Below, piece after piece: positions 14,440 to 26,968 of a DNA stretch of 64,000 nt. The notes below the pieces were generated by a model that was not told where the DNA came from, did not search any database, and worked only from the letters and a program-made list of their open reading frames with translations. Source of the DNA: Raillietiella orientalis (Eukaryota); contig JAYWIR010000019.1 of NCBI GenBank assembly GCA_036172245.1, forward strand, positions 3,472,001 to 3,536,000, read 5' to 3'. The translations under genes were made by a program, and so were the position numbers. Each line of letters opens with the position of its first letter. Positions within the stretch are counted from its first letter, which is position 1.

Positions 14440-15100
14440 CAGCTGCGTCTCTCTCTAGCACTCCCGTAACACTCGGGTTGCTGCATCTTCCACTCCACTC
14501 TATCCGCATGCGATTGACTTGGGATCTGCCTTCGAACTTTTGCCCTCCAAAGGAACACTGCAACGTTCACTACTGGGGCACCTCCCATCCACTTAAAAAT
14601 ACTCCCCCAGAATTCGGGAGGCTCCCCAAACCGGAGATCGTGATGTCTGCGTATCGGCTTCTGGTGCTGGTGGGACCCCCGATAGGATGAGAAGACCCTC
14701 GACAGGATGAATTTCTGCCAGAGTTGGAGGTGCCACGCCCACACACGGATGGGATGTGGCGCCCGATGGTGCCCTCAAAAAGCCAGTGCAGCCACGACGT
14801 GTAGACGCATCAGCAGGACGGATGGACCACGACAATCCTTAGAACTAGAGGGAGTGAAAGAGAGGATGGCTCACCATTGCAACCGGATCTTGCTGAAGAT
14901 GACAGTGCTGCCTCGCTGCATCCATAATGGGCAGACTAGGGGTTGCCGCCTCACAACAGACCACTCGACGCGGCGTGCGGGCACACATGGTGGAAAATGG
15001 GAAGTTACTACTGAAAGCAGGGGGATCCGCTTGCATGGCGTGGCGTTCCTGACTCCTCGCTGGCATCCCTTTCTTTCTTATAATAAGACTGTGGCTTGGG
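14440..15100 (+). mobile_element. Decayed 3' fragment of a second L1-like family
   Basis: 'AYRLL..PIG', 'NFCQS..CP' and 'ILLKMTV' parallel 'FCKACGD..CP' and 'MIRMTV' in the 22939-23460 element. Confidence 0.35.
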
Positions 15101-16499
15101 AATGCTCATCATAGAAATGAAAATCCCGACGCTTCTTGTTGAAGTTCAGAAACCGAGAAAATCCGACAGCAAATGGCGGCCGAAACCCAAAAACGAGTGA
15201 GGGATTCGCTCATTGGGAAGCAGATGAGGCATAAACAAGAGATTCAGAACGTTCCGTGAGCAGACGGATGTTTCACGGGTAGCGTTGAGGGAACAGCCAC
15301 GTATGACCAAACAGGAGGAAGATCAATCGGAGACACTTTTGAAAGAGGAGTGGAGGATATTCGCTGTTGCTGTTGAGAAGAAAAGCGCTCTTTCGGTGTT
15401 CTGCCTTGCTACCCGTTGTTGCGTTTCTTGAACAGAGTGACCATAAAACTCACCTGTGGGCTGAGAGGTGGATCGCGCTAGCCTCCGGAAACCCGACAAA
15501 GTTTCATGAGTGACACGAACAGGAGCGAAAGTGCAGCGATCTAGATGAAAATCATGCTCGAAAGCTCCTGAGAGTTTCCAGCAGCTGCTGGTGACATCTA
15601 CCGAGTTCAGAGGATACTCGAAAACGAGACCTTGAAAACTAAAATGCAGATGGTACGAGGAAAATGCCCTAGAATGTCTGGAACGTGCCAAGATATTCCC
15701 ACCTAGCATGTTTGTAGGCGCTGGATGACGTGGCGAGAAACTCAAGACGGATGTTTTGGGGAGAAATTCTCATGCAATCAAAAGGGAAGCAATCAAAGAA
15801 TTAAAATAAGCAATTAAAGAATCAAAAGATGGATCGGACCCTCTATACTTCGTGGGGATTCAAGTAGGAGCCATAGCAGGTCTCTCTGCTCACGGACAAT
15901 CTGACAAGGTTTACAGAAGAACTACCACTGCGCTTCCAAAAGTTACATAGAAAGCTGTTCAAGAAGGTAAATAAATGTGTTTGTTGCACTTGAAGCTTTC
16001 AGAGTAGCTATGAACAGAGATGTAGATGTAGATGATCTAGACTTAGACTGCAGTCGCATCTCCGATGGAGTTATACGGAGCGCTTACCTAAACAAGATGT
16101 GGATGTCTATGAAGAGATCTGGATCATTCACAAATCATTTCAATGTGTGTGTATATGCATTCTCTAAAATTGGTTTCCGATGTACATTCATGTAATCATG
16201 CCGTGAACCGATTCTGCGAGTGCTCGCATCCCGAAAATTCCACGAGCAGCTCCCATTGGAAACACTGGAAACTCAGATTTGTCAGCTTCGACTCAACGTG
16301 GTCACAGGAGGGACACTTATTTGAAAGATAAACCACAGGTCAGAGGGGAAGGCGTGCCATGAATATAAAAAGTGCCAAAAAGAAAAAAGTCCATTGGAGA
16401 TGGCCACCAGCACGCAGGCTGGCTTACATGGAGGCTTCGAGCGGGACCATTGATGTATAAAAAAAGATGGGAGAGTAGGTACAGGAGTCTTTGTTTTGA

Positions 16500-17533
16500 G
16501 CCGATCCTTTCTTCCTAGAGCTGGCGCTGAATGCTGGCCGTCTCCATGGTGACTTCCTGCAGATGAGGCCGCCACGTGGCTGCTTTCATCAAGGGGGCTG
16601 CCGCCCTTGCCTGCAAACGAGACTCCATCCCAACGCGGACTGTCACTATGGGAGCGGATGCAGCATCTCGTTGCTACACGACACCCATCTGGACTCCATG
16701 TCAGCCAGCTGACGCGGCAACAGCAAGAACCGGCTTCAAAGGACTGGGACGTTGGAGCAAACTCTTCTCCATTTAGCTCGAGGAGTTGGAATTGCCCTCC
16801 GTGTTTATAGACAGGAAGCTGCTTCCCCTCAAGTGGCAGCAATCGGCGCTGCTGGTACAGCACTGGGGTCTTCCATGCAATGCTCGCCGGCACCACTGGA
16901 CGAGGGGAAGCGCATCGACGAACTGTGCCAATTGGGAAGAGAAGCAGACTTTCCCCCACCTCATAGTGCAGTGTATCGCTCTCCTGGAACTGTGGGAACG
17001 TTTCTCTGCGCCCCTTCCTCACCCCTTGGACGATCCCAGAGACTCTTTGAGGCGCCTCTTCGTGCGGGACGCCATGACGCCCGCAGCCGCAATCACAGCG
17101 CTGTGCTGCGTGCGCGGTGTCGTCGCGGCGAAGTGCGACGCCGAGGGAGGCCGAAGCGATGGGGGGGCTGTCCTGCACGCCGTTGGTTTCCTGCGGATAG
17201 CTTTGAGGTGGCCCCACCTGGAAAGGGAGGAGGAGCTCGCCGGCATCCTTCAACGGATGCAGAGGCCTCACCCATCATGAAACGTGATCTCTTCCCTTCC
17301 CCCCAACTAAATTTTTTTTGTGTTTTAGTTTTTTATCATTTGTTATAGTTTGTTTCCTTTTTTTCCTATTTTCCGGTTTTTTTTTTTTTACCCTCCTTCC
17401 CCTTCGTGGACGTGATAGACCTCTCTGGCCTCCCCCTTTGTTTTTTTCAGTGCAATAATTAAAATCGTTGGGCTTTTGGGTTCCGTCGATTCCTGTAAGA
17501 GTAATCAACTCCCTGGCACACCCGGGTGTGAAA
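16500..17533 (+). mobile_element. 5'-truncated Tx1-like element
   Basis: ORF 16786..17280 'LPLKWQQSALLVQHWGLPCN..NCANWEEKQTFPHLIVQC..WPHL..ELAGILQRM', T-rich UTR, terminus 'ccctggcacacccgggtgtgaaa'. No TSD found; 5' end approximate. Confidence 0.8.
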
Positions 17534-17559
17534 CCACGACGCCTGCCAGCAGCCTACCT

Positions 17560-18240
17560 TTCGTGAGGAGGAAGCGCCGCAGTATTTCCGCAGCGGTGCC
17601 CTGCAGATGGCGGAGTGTTCCAAACTAGTCTCCGCCACATGTCCTTGCGGCTGCTGTAGTCCAAAAGAAGGTGCAGGAACGATTCCATCGCCCCGTACCT
17701 GAAGCAGTTAGGGGAGGCATCTTCCCCGGAAGCCGGGTGCCTGCTCTGGACGCACTGGTATCCCACCAGTGAATAAGCAGCAGAACGTCCCGTTTCCAAG
17801 GCAGCGGGAACGCGGAAATGTCCTCACACAGGAAAGGGACCGCGAATGGTTCAAGTGGGGTGGGAAAGGAGAGCACACACATCGAGCAGGTCTCTCCACC
17901 GAAGGAGTCCATTCGTCCGGGAACGAGGAGTGGCGGCGTTGACCAACTGGTCCGTCTTGCGGCCGTCGAGGAGTTTCTCGACTCCCGCTATGTTGGAGGA
18001 CAACTCCCACCCAACCGGCTAGCTGCTGTCATCCCTGAGGGCAAGCAGTGCTGCGGCAAGGGGCGAGACGGCCATCCGGGACCGCTGTATTCCAGTCCCG
18101 CAGAAGATCTAGTGGTTTGCACGGACGTTTCCGCACTCAACATGATGAGTCCGATTCCTGTACGAGGTGCTTCAGGCCTGCGAATTCCCACGCAGGGGCA
18201 GCTGCCTGAGGAGGAGGAGGCAGGTCCTCACGGAAACGCT
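17560..18240 (-). mobile_element. Divergent Tx1/L1-like ORF2 C-terminal fragment
   Basis: Frameshifted 'PLPWKRDVLLLIHW' and 'SPNCFRYGAMESFLHLLLDY' match the family zinc-finger region. Confidence 0.55.
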
Positions 18241-19629
18241 AAAATCCGAAAGCAGCGGCGAGGTATCGAGAGTTCGAACCGGTTCCCAAGAGAGCACCGA
18301 CAGCAACTATGGAGACCAGGAAACCTCGTGCGGACGTTTCTTTACACGGGAATAGCGAATGTTCCGTGAAATTCGGAATCGAATGCTTCTTTTCCGGCTT
18401 CTCTACGATTCTTTCATTTTCCGCTTCCCTCTTTTCGGTTTCCACGATGCTTCCTGATCAGTGGAAGCCAGTGCTCGTACGGATGGGCGGCTTCCTTTTC
18501 GTGGGACGGCGGCTCTCCAGATTCGCGAGATGCATTTGGAACTGCCTTCGCTTCTCTGCTTCGCTTGCGTCTATGTATTTCGTAGGAGAGGTCGGGAAGA
18601 GTCCTTTTGCACTTCTGTCTGCGCAGAGGCCATCTTCTCTTCAACTCTTTTGTTATGGGAGTGACCCTTAAGATGGCCCTCTTTTCCCGGACCATGCACG
18701 CACCCGTGACGGACACCTACGCCGAGTTTGACGTCATGGCGATGCAGATCACTCTGCACAGCAAGCGAATTCAAAACCTCTGCACGCTGTAATCGATTTC
18801 CTCCTTTGAAGTCTGCGATCTGAGCAGCACGTAGAATTCCCACCTGCGTCCTGAAGACTGACGGCCGGGCGTGAATCTCGGGGCGGCAGCAGGAATGGAC
18901 GTCAGAGCAGCCACGGAACTCCAAAGTTCTTTACCGATAGCCCAGCACAGGTGTTTCAAGGAAAAGAGAGCTGCATGAAAGATGGATCTGTAGAGGTCCC
19001 CGGAACTCGTCGTCTACTGGCGAAGCAGAACACGAAAACAGTTTCGAAAGGATACCAAAAGAACGTAGTACGTTGGACCGTTTTCCGAGAGTGGTGCAAG
19101 CACACTCGGAGTCGGAAAGCGTTGTGTGATGAAAGCAGGAGGAAGGAGGAGCGGATGGAAAAAAGTTGCACTGGGAGCTGCCTTTCAGTGGGCATGGATC
19201 CGTTCCCATCCTAGAAAAGAAATCCACCCTCCCCCCTCCCTTTTTTTTTCTTGGAACAAGCCGTGGAGCGAATGTTCGTCGCCATGGTTGCCGATATAAG
19301 GAAGTTTCGGATATTCTGCTACAGTGAACCGAGTCCCTCAAGAACGGGGCACAGGGACGGTAAAAATCCGTTTGTCATCTGAGCCTCTGAGAGACATGCA
19401 GCTGGAGTGCTTGCAGAGAACCCAAAGAGCTCATCGAAACGGAGAAATGAGATGATAGTTACGCATCCGGTCACGGAGGATGCTCCGTGGACTGATCCCA
19501 TCGAAGACGAGATGAGGAATGAACAGATCAAGCGCATGTTCTGAGAAAATTGGCATTCACCGGACTCTCGAGAGATGGGCTGCAACGCAAGTCCGAGGAC
19601 AAAAAAGGACCCGTGGAGCCGCCTATGGG

Positions 19630-20018
19630 CTGAATTACGCGATCTTCGTTGTGCATTACATATATTAATATAAGGATTAATATATAAGTTAATATACATT
19701 ATGAAGATTATCAAAAAGAAATGTGTATTAATATATATATTTATTTATATTTATTTATATTGTCTATGCATGTGATAAGTGCATGAATTTATTTCCTACA
19801 ATGCCTAACATCTACATCAGCAGTATAATCAGCAACTTATTAATTATATTAAATAAAATATGTGTCCATTAATCTCAATGGATGCATCAATAATATTACT
19901 GTTAATAATATATACCTTAATTAATATGAATATCTATGCATATTAAAATGAATTTATGTATTGATCTATCTAGAATAAGCACAGACGAGTTCATCTCTTA
20001 CGATCTTTCGTGATTTCG
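19630..20018. repeat. AT-rich dispersed repeat, partial MITE-like copy
   Basis: 'cattacatat..tataaggattaat..attatgaaga' is shared with ~31775-31815. Right end 'gatctttcgtgatttc' resembles the right TIR at ~32567-32582. Confidence 0.5.
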
Positions 20019-20811
20019 CTTGGCATCCCTTCTTGCGTACCTTAGAACAGAGCAGCTCGATGTCGTTTGCAATACACTCCGAGCCGTACGCATCGATTAT
20101 CATCATTTTTCTTTTTTCTTTTTCCCTCACTTTCCAGCCTCGATTTTTTATAGGCTGTTTGACTATTTAGTAGGGTTTTTGTGTATCTCACAGTTGCGAT
20201 TGTTCGTGCAAGTTTGTACATTAACCCGAATAGGAAAACTCAAGGACAAAAACTGCTGGCTTTATCCTTAGCAGGTCACGATAGAAACCGGTAGGCCGTT
20301 TTTGTCTCATGGTCCTGCTTTTGCTCTGGCAGACTTGGCGGAGTCTCATCTCAGGTGGAGCACAACTCGGAGAGGACGAAAGTGGGACGACTTACGAACG
20401 GGGGAAAGTTCCACGGGAAGCGAATGAAATCCGAGCACGACAACACGGTTCTGGTCGGTTAAATATGTCTGTTCCTGTCGTCGCGATCAAGTCGGCAATT
20501 GCAAATGGGAGATTGCGCTCATTCAGTGAGTAGAATGGGCGGCTCTCGTCACCCCATAATCGCGCCAATAGTGGTGGCATCTGATTTCGTTACGATTTAC
20601 ACGGGCTGAAGCACGCAACATCTGGAAGCTGCGTAAAAGGTCTCGTAGGGGAAAACAAGTTCACTTGATGGAAACATTACAAGAACGAGATGAACTCAAG
20701 GTGAGGAAAGTGCCGCCCCGTCAAACACTGGCTGCTGGTCGCACTGATTATGCAACTCTTGCGACGGTGCTTCCTTGCAGAATGCCATCATAACGTTGCC
20801 GGCGCATCGTA

Positions 20812-21537
20812 CTTCGCTGCCTGGGAGGACTTGAGGATTCCGAGTGCTGGTGCTTCGCTGCCTGGGAGGACTTGAGGATTCCGAGTGCTGGTGCTTCGCT
20901 GCCAGGGAGGACGTGAGGATTCCGAGTGCTGGTGCTTCGCTGCCAGGGAGGACTTGAGGATTCCGATGCTTCGCTGCCAGGGAGGACGTGAGGATTCCGA
21001 GTGCTGGTGCTTCGCTGCCAGGGAGGACGTGAGGATTCCGAGTGCTGGTGCTTCGCTGCCAGGGAGGACGTGAGGATTCCGAGTGCTGGTGCTTCGCTGC
21101 CAGGGAGGACTTGAGGATTCCGAGTGCTGGTGCTTCGCTGCCAGGGAGGACGTGAGGATTCCGAGTGCTGGTGCTTCGCTGCCAGGGAGGACGTGGGGAT
21201 TCCGAGTGCTGGTGCTTCGCTGCCTGGGAGGACTTGAGGATTCCGAGTGCTGGTGCTTCGCTGCCTGGGAGGACTTGAGGATTCCGAGTGCTGGTGCTTC
21301 GCTGCCAGGGAGGACGTGAGGATTCCGAGTGCTGGTGCTTCGCTGCCAGGGAGGACGTGAGGATTCCGAGTGCTGGTGCTTCGCTGCCAGGGAGGACGTG
21401 AGGATTCCGAGTGCTGGTGCTTCGCTGCCAGGGAGGACTTGAGGATTCCGATGCTTCGCTGCCAGGGAGGACTTGAGGATTCCGAGTGCTGGTGCTTCGC
21501 TGTTAGGGAGGACTTGAGGATTCCGAGTGCTGGTGCA
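20812..21537. repeat. Minisatellite, 41-bp unit, about 18 copies
   Basis: Head-to-tail unit cttcgctgccagggaggac(t/g)tgaggattccgagtgctggtg. Two units lack 7 bp. No spacers. Confidence 0.95.
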
Positions 21538-22938
21538 TCTGGAACTCTCGATCATTTCAGATGATGCCCGAACCGTGTTTTTAAGCTAATGTCTACACCG
21601 TAGTTTTCAACCTCTGATGCAATCGAAAAGCCTTCCATCTATTCTTGAACAGTGTTTTCAAGATGAACGCTGAGATGAGCACGTTTGTGTGTGCAGTTTT
21701 CGTTGGATAGCGTTAAATTGCAGTTTCAGAAAATTGATGGAATTTCAGTAAAATTAATAAGGCACTGATCTATGAATGAACGAAAGCGAAAGGCAAAAAA
21801 GAAAAAAAAAGGAGTGATTTAGTTGATTAAAAAAGGAAAATTACGAATAACATCTGAAAATTGGGAGAATGCCATTCCTGAAGAAGACTATAGAAGAGTC
21901 TAACGTTGAGGGACACCGCGCTGTGCCCTTGTAAATGCAAATTGCATGTATCTTTAAATTCAAGGCTGTTTTTTTTACTGATAATCGCAAACAAGCAATA
22001 AAACACAAAATCATGAACATTACATAAAGCCATGGGATCATATGCCATAATAGTGGCAACGATGACGTATATCGACTAACAGTTTGCATTCTCATCCAGG
22101 AAATAAGTTTGCTCCGTATTGCCCTAACATCTAGGCTTCAGCCATATTTGAAAGGAGCTTTTTAAAATGTGCATAACGCTGAATGGCAAGATATGAGAAA
22201 TTCATTGAGGAATCAGCATCGTCGAGAAGACACTGGATGCGACTCCATACCTTCGTGGTTAATTTACTCGGGGCGATCTCTGTGATTAGAGTGAATAATT
22301 TAGAAATACGTATACGCTCCTATACATGTTCACTTGAATTTCCAAGTGTAGCTGCATCCTCAATAAGGTCATAAACCTCAATACTGGTCGGAAATGCATT
22401 CCAGTCTTGGTAAGGGCTGCCAGCATGGTGGTAATCCCTCAGCTGTTTCTATTAAGCAGGATGTCTAACTACGGGCAAATCTGCAGATCAACTTTGGAAA
22501 ATATTCTGCTCAACGAACCTCAGTTCTTGCACGGGTTCCATTCTGGATGCCACTGCGGTTAAGAGCTTACCTGCTTTGTGTGATTAATTGTAACGTAAAC
22601 TGGTCTCAAAAAAAAAAAAATGTAAATTAAAGCGTGCCGTGTCATTCTTCGCGAAAAAGACGCAAGTTGCTAATTACCTCTCTAGGAGGGTGGTTTCAGG
22701 TTTCGTGCTTCTACTGCCCACTAATCATCTCTCTGCTCACCTCCGACACTTCCCACGTGAGGATGTCCAATGTCTGATGATATTTCGTTATTTGTAACGT
22801 TTGCAATCTCAAAAGCAGTAAATGTTGCGCAAATCAGCGGACCTCGCTCGTTGCCACCTGATGTTTGCTAGCGATCGAAATCCGCCAATTTCAAGCTCCT
22901 CTTCGACGGTTCCCTGCAAACCTCCGCAAGATCACTTG

Positions 22939-23460
22939 TTTCCCCAAGTCCCACAAGGGGTGGGGTGAATTTATTTTCTTTGATCATTTACTCTAGGTAT
23001 TATCATGCATTCGTTTTCTCCAGTTATTTCACTTATGTCTCCTGGGATTATCACTGAGGTTCACTACACTTGGGGAACTGTTTATGCCTAGACGTTGTCC
23101 TCAATCCTTCTCAGGATATGTTGGTAGTTCCAGGCCTGTACGATTCCACAGTTTCTTATGCCGATCTCCTTCTGGATAAGCCCTTTCAGGATTTCCATTG
23201 GAGATACGGCGGTGCTGGTGGTCTTCATCTTCCACTACCGCACATGGATGGCGGTGATGAAGAGGGCGACGGTCATCCTTATCATGGGATTGTCACAGGG
23301 AACGTTCCCATTTCCTTGGAACATGCCTGCTAAAATTCACATGGTCGATGTGGTGGGCAACCCGATTACCCTTTTGAGGGTGTTGCCACTCTTGTTGCAT
23401 GGTGGGACAGGTGAAGACGTGGAGTCTTGTATCCTTGTCTCCACATGCTTTGCAGAACGG
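22939..23460 (-). mobile_element. 5'-truncated L1-like element (second family) with a 25-bp TSD
   Basis: Minus frame reads 'FCKACGDKDTRLHVFTCPTMQQEW' (zinc finger), followed by AATAAA. Perfect repeat ctgcaaacctccgcaagatcacttg at 22914-22938 and 23461-23485. Confidence 0.7.
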
Positions 23461-26400
23461 CTGCAAACCTCCGCAAGATCACTTGCCCACTCCATCGGGC
23501 CGATTGGGCCGTTGGGCCACCCATTCTGCGATCCCGTCGACAGCCGACGCCGCCGATATACAGCCCGGAACCGACGCGCTTTTGCAAAAACGAAAATGGC
23601 GGACGAAATCGAAATATATATATATATTTTTAAGTACAGGAGCGGCAGGAAGTGCGGTCTACAAGGATCCGTCTTGTGCAGATCGAATTTTCCAAAGAAT
23701 TTGAACAACCGAACATGAGCACCCTGTTTACAATCACGTTCAAAAATGGGGAGTTTTTGCGCGCCAGCAAAGTCCCCCTGGACTTCTGCTTTGCAAGGAA
23801 GTGTTCGTGGCTTGGTATCAAAAGGGAAACATGACCATTTGGGACAGAAAGGAAAGACGCAGATCAGCCTTAAACGTGCTGTACTTTATTCACTGGTTCC
23901 CTCTTCGGTGAGGAAGGAATTAATGCGTTCCGGGGAAGCTAATCGCTTCCCCAGCACAGAGTCTCCGAGGAGGAGAGACAGACAAACGTGATTGGGAATC
24001 GCCCAACCAGCGTTCGTTCCAGAGTTTCCAAAGGTCACTTTTCCGTGACAGTGTTAAACTTGGTTCGTGGTGCATCCCAGTGACGGCGAGCTCTTTTTTC
24101 GTGCGCTTTCTGTCTTTTGGCCCAGACTTCCGTTCACCAGTCCTTTCGGAAACGAAATGCTCGAGGATGCTGGATTCGAAATTTCAATGGAACTTCAAGA
24201 AACGTATCTGCACGAGCCATCTCAAGAACGTGATGGAAGCACTGCAGAGAGAGCCCCGAAGAACTGCGTGTGCTGCCTTCTAGGGATGAACACCCACCTA
24301 AGCAAACATACCCCATTCAGCCACGTGGACAACTCCCTTTTCTGCACTTGAAAATGGGCATAGGCGTGCATCGAGAACAGGAGCACGCTGGAGGCACAGT
24401 CAGCACACTGGAAGGGAGGGAGGAGAGAAAGTTGTCGTCCAGATGGATACCGAGAATGGACGACGGAGGAGTTGCCGATCTCACGGAGCATTCAAATGGC
24501 CGAAATAGAAATTCGCTATTGTCCAGGGAGATCCGTGCGCCATCAGTGTTTTCTTTCCACCTGGTTAGCAGGAGCAAACACTGCTCTTCCTGCTAAACAC
24601 GTGACGGTCGCCCCCGGATGTGGAAAGTGATGCCCTGACATGCTACCCTCTCTGCACAGCACCTTTCCACGATGGCGGCTCGAATGCATGAAAAAAGAAA
24701 AAGAAAAGATGCGACTACTTCAGAAATAAATTTTATTCGAAGGCTCTTTTTTTCTTCCTTCCAACCTTTTTTTTTTTTTTTTGTCTTCTCCCAGCCTCCC
24801 CGTTTGGCAACTTTGAGTTTTTGCAATGTGTCAGAGATCCCAAGTCTGCGAAGTGCGATTTATAACTCCATTGGAGATTAAAAGAGAGCAACTTTGTGAC
24901 AGCATAATGCTGCTAGGTATTTGAGCCAGCACGGATAAGCAAACTCTGAATGAATCTAATAGGAACTAACCTAAAAAACTGCTCAGTTTTTAATGACGGA
25001 AAACAGCAATAAATCAAAACATCCCTAAGTAAAGCAATTTAAACTGGAAGCTCGATTCACACGTGGCAACTCTACCGGAGATCATTACTAGGAATGTTCT
25101 AGTTTCGAAAGCAATATCTTAATTGCTCATGATTAATTCAACACTGAAATAGGCAAGAGGGAGCTTGGAGAATCGGCGACCCTGTCGAGTAATTTCGAAA
25201 TCCCCACCGCGCCCTAAAACAGGAGGAGGGAGGGGGACACGAAGAATAGAGGCCGGGAATGAATAAGGGGGTTTGCGATCTTCAGTTCGAAGATATCGAG
25301 TTCAGTATTGCCAGCTCAGAGGTTTTCCCTATACATCTAGCGCTTTGGGAAACCCCTCTAGCGGCCAAAAGCATTTTATCCCTCCGAGAGGGAACTCTAA
25401 CACTTTTTAAATCACTAGTCGCCGCCGAATCCTGCAGGTTTTGCATGGTCGCAAGGAAAATTTTCAATTATGGATGCTGTAGATAGTCTTAAACAGAATT
25501 CCGGGTATTTCATCCACTCCTGTTCCAATTTTGGCGGATGTGGAGTCGCATCAATAAATTACTACATGGTTCATAAAGGGAAAACGACTTTTTTTAATTA
25601 TTAAAATACTTTGATATTTAAATTGTGATTCTTGTAGTGCAGCGGCAACTAATTTGGGCATTTCATTACTATTTCCAGACTGTTCCAGCGTTTTCTTTCG
25701 ATTATAGGTAATATAAGACCGGCAGTGCGGCCCTCTCCATACAAACGTATAGAGCATGCGCAGCAGTCGCTTAATAACATAAATTCCACGTGATCAGCAA
25801 TTAATATTTCTTGCCAGTTTGCATTTTATTTTCGTACTACTGAATCTGAAGATTAGATGGCACTACGCATGCTGGACGTGTGCTGTGATATAGAGGGAAT
25901 CTGAAAATTTTTTTTTGGAAAATCGCGGGTTTCTCGAAGGCAGGATTCCATTAACTTGTGTTGGCAACCCTGATCGGGCACCACATTCGGAAATGCAAGT
26001 TGACATGAACGTACGTAAATACACGAGTTGGCATTCAAAAAATTTGAGATCGAGGTGATCGTAAAATCGGTCAGAGCACCGGTCGGTCAAAAAGGCTCTG
26101 CACGTTAAAAATCACATATGAACGAGGAATATGGAAGTTGGGGTAGCGAATCGCGTTTGCTGTCGCCGTTTTCGATCGTCGTCGGTGGCGCTAACAGCCA
26201 CCCACTTCCTTCCCGAAGTGCTCCTGATAGTGCCGTGGACTCTTCCGATGCTGACAGCAAGAAACAGATGTCATCTGTTTCGTTGCAACTCCCCTGAGTG
26301 ACATCCAGTTCCAAGCAGCGTGTCGCTGTTCAGCTCTTTCGTTTTTTTTTCACTCTGTCTCTCCAGAGCGATTCGGCGGCAAAGTGTTCCCTGAATCCTC

Positions 26401-26968
26401 TTTTTCTCATCAAGTATCGTGTGGACCCCTGGAGCTGGAAAGCGCTGAACCATCTTCACTACGCGACAGGTGACGACGTCTCAGCTGCCACCACGGTGGC
26501 CCGGCGGAGCAAACTCAGAGAGTAGCAAGGGAGTTTCTTCATACAGAGACCGATCTTCGTAGGAAAAGCAAAGAAGGCGCGCATTCCTGCAAGAAAACTT
26601 ACCTCTGCTAAGTGCAGCTCAGAGGGACGACGGTGGTAAAGCACAGTCAAAGAAACACGGTGAACGCCGTTCATGCAACGCGAACGCCATCATCAATGCA
26701 TTGCTTAAACAACCATAAATGAGCGGAAAATCAGCAGAATAAACGATTGGTTTCTGAGCCGAAGAATGAGCCGAGTTCACAACACATACTGGCAACGTCC
26801 ACCACTTTCAAAGTGGATCGGCAAGGGTTCATTTTCAGAATGAAGGGAGCGGACGCCATTTTCAATTAGTGTCATACACTCGCCATGACCGCGTTGGCGG
26901 CCGTGTGGCCACGGTCACCGCGCGTGGTACCAAACGTTGCAGATTCAAATACCCGTGGAGGATCGACT

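Noticed and set aside
20812..21537. CRISPR array or repetitive protein gene
   Set aside because: Units are contiguous with no unique spacers, there are no cas genes and the context is eukaryotic. The ORF is a by-product of the repeat.
26540..26710. Penelope GIY-YIG remnant
   Set aside because: Only a vague 'ET.R..R...H'-like pattern with stops; not distinguishable from chance.
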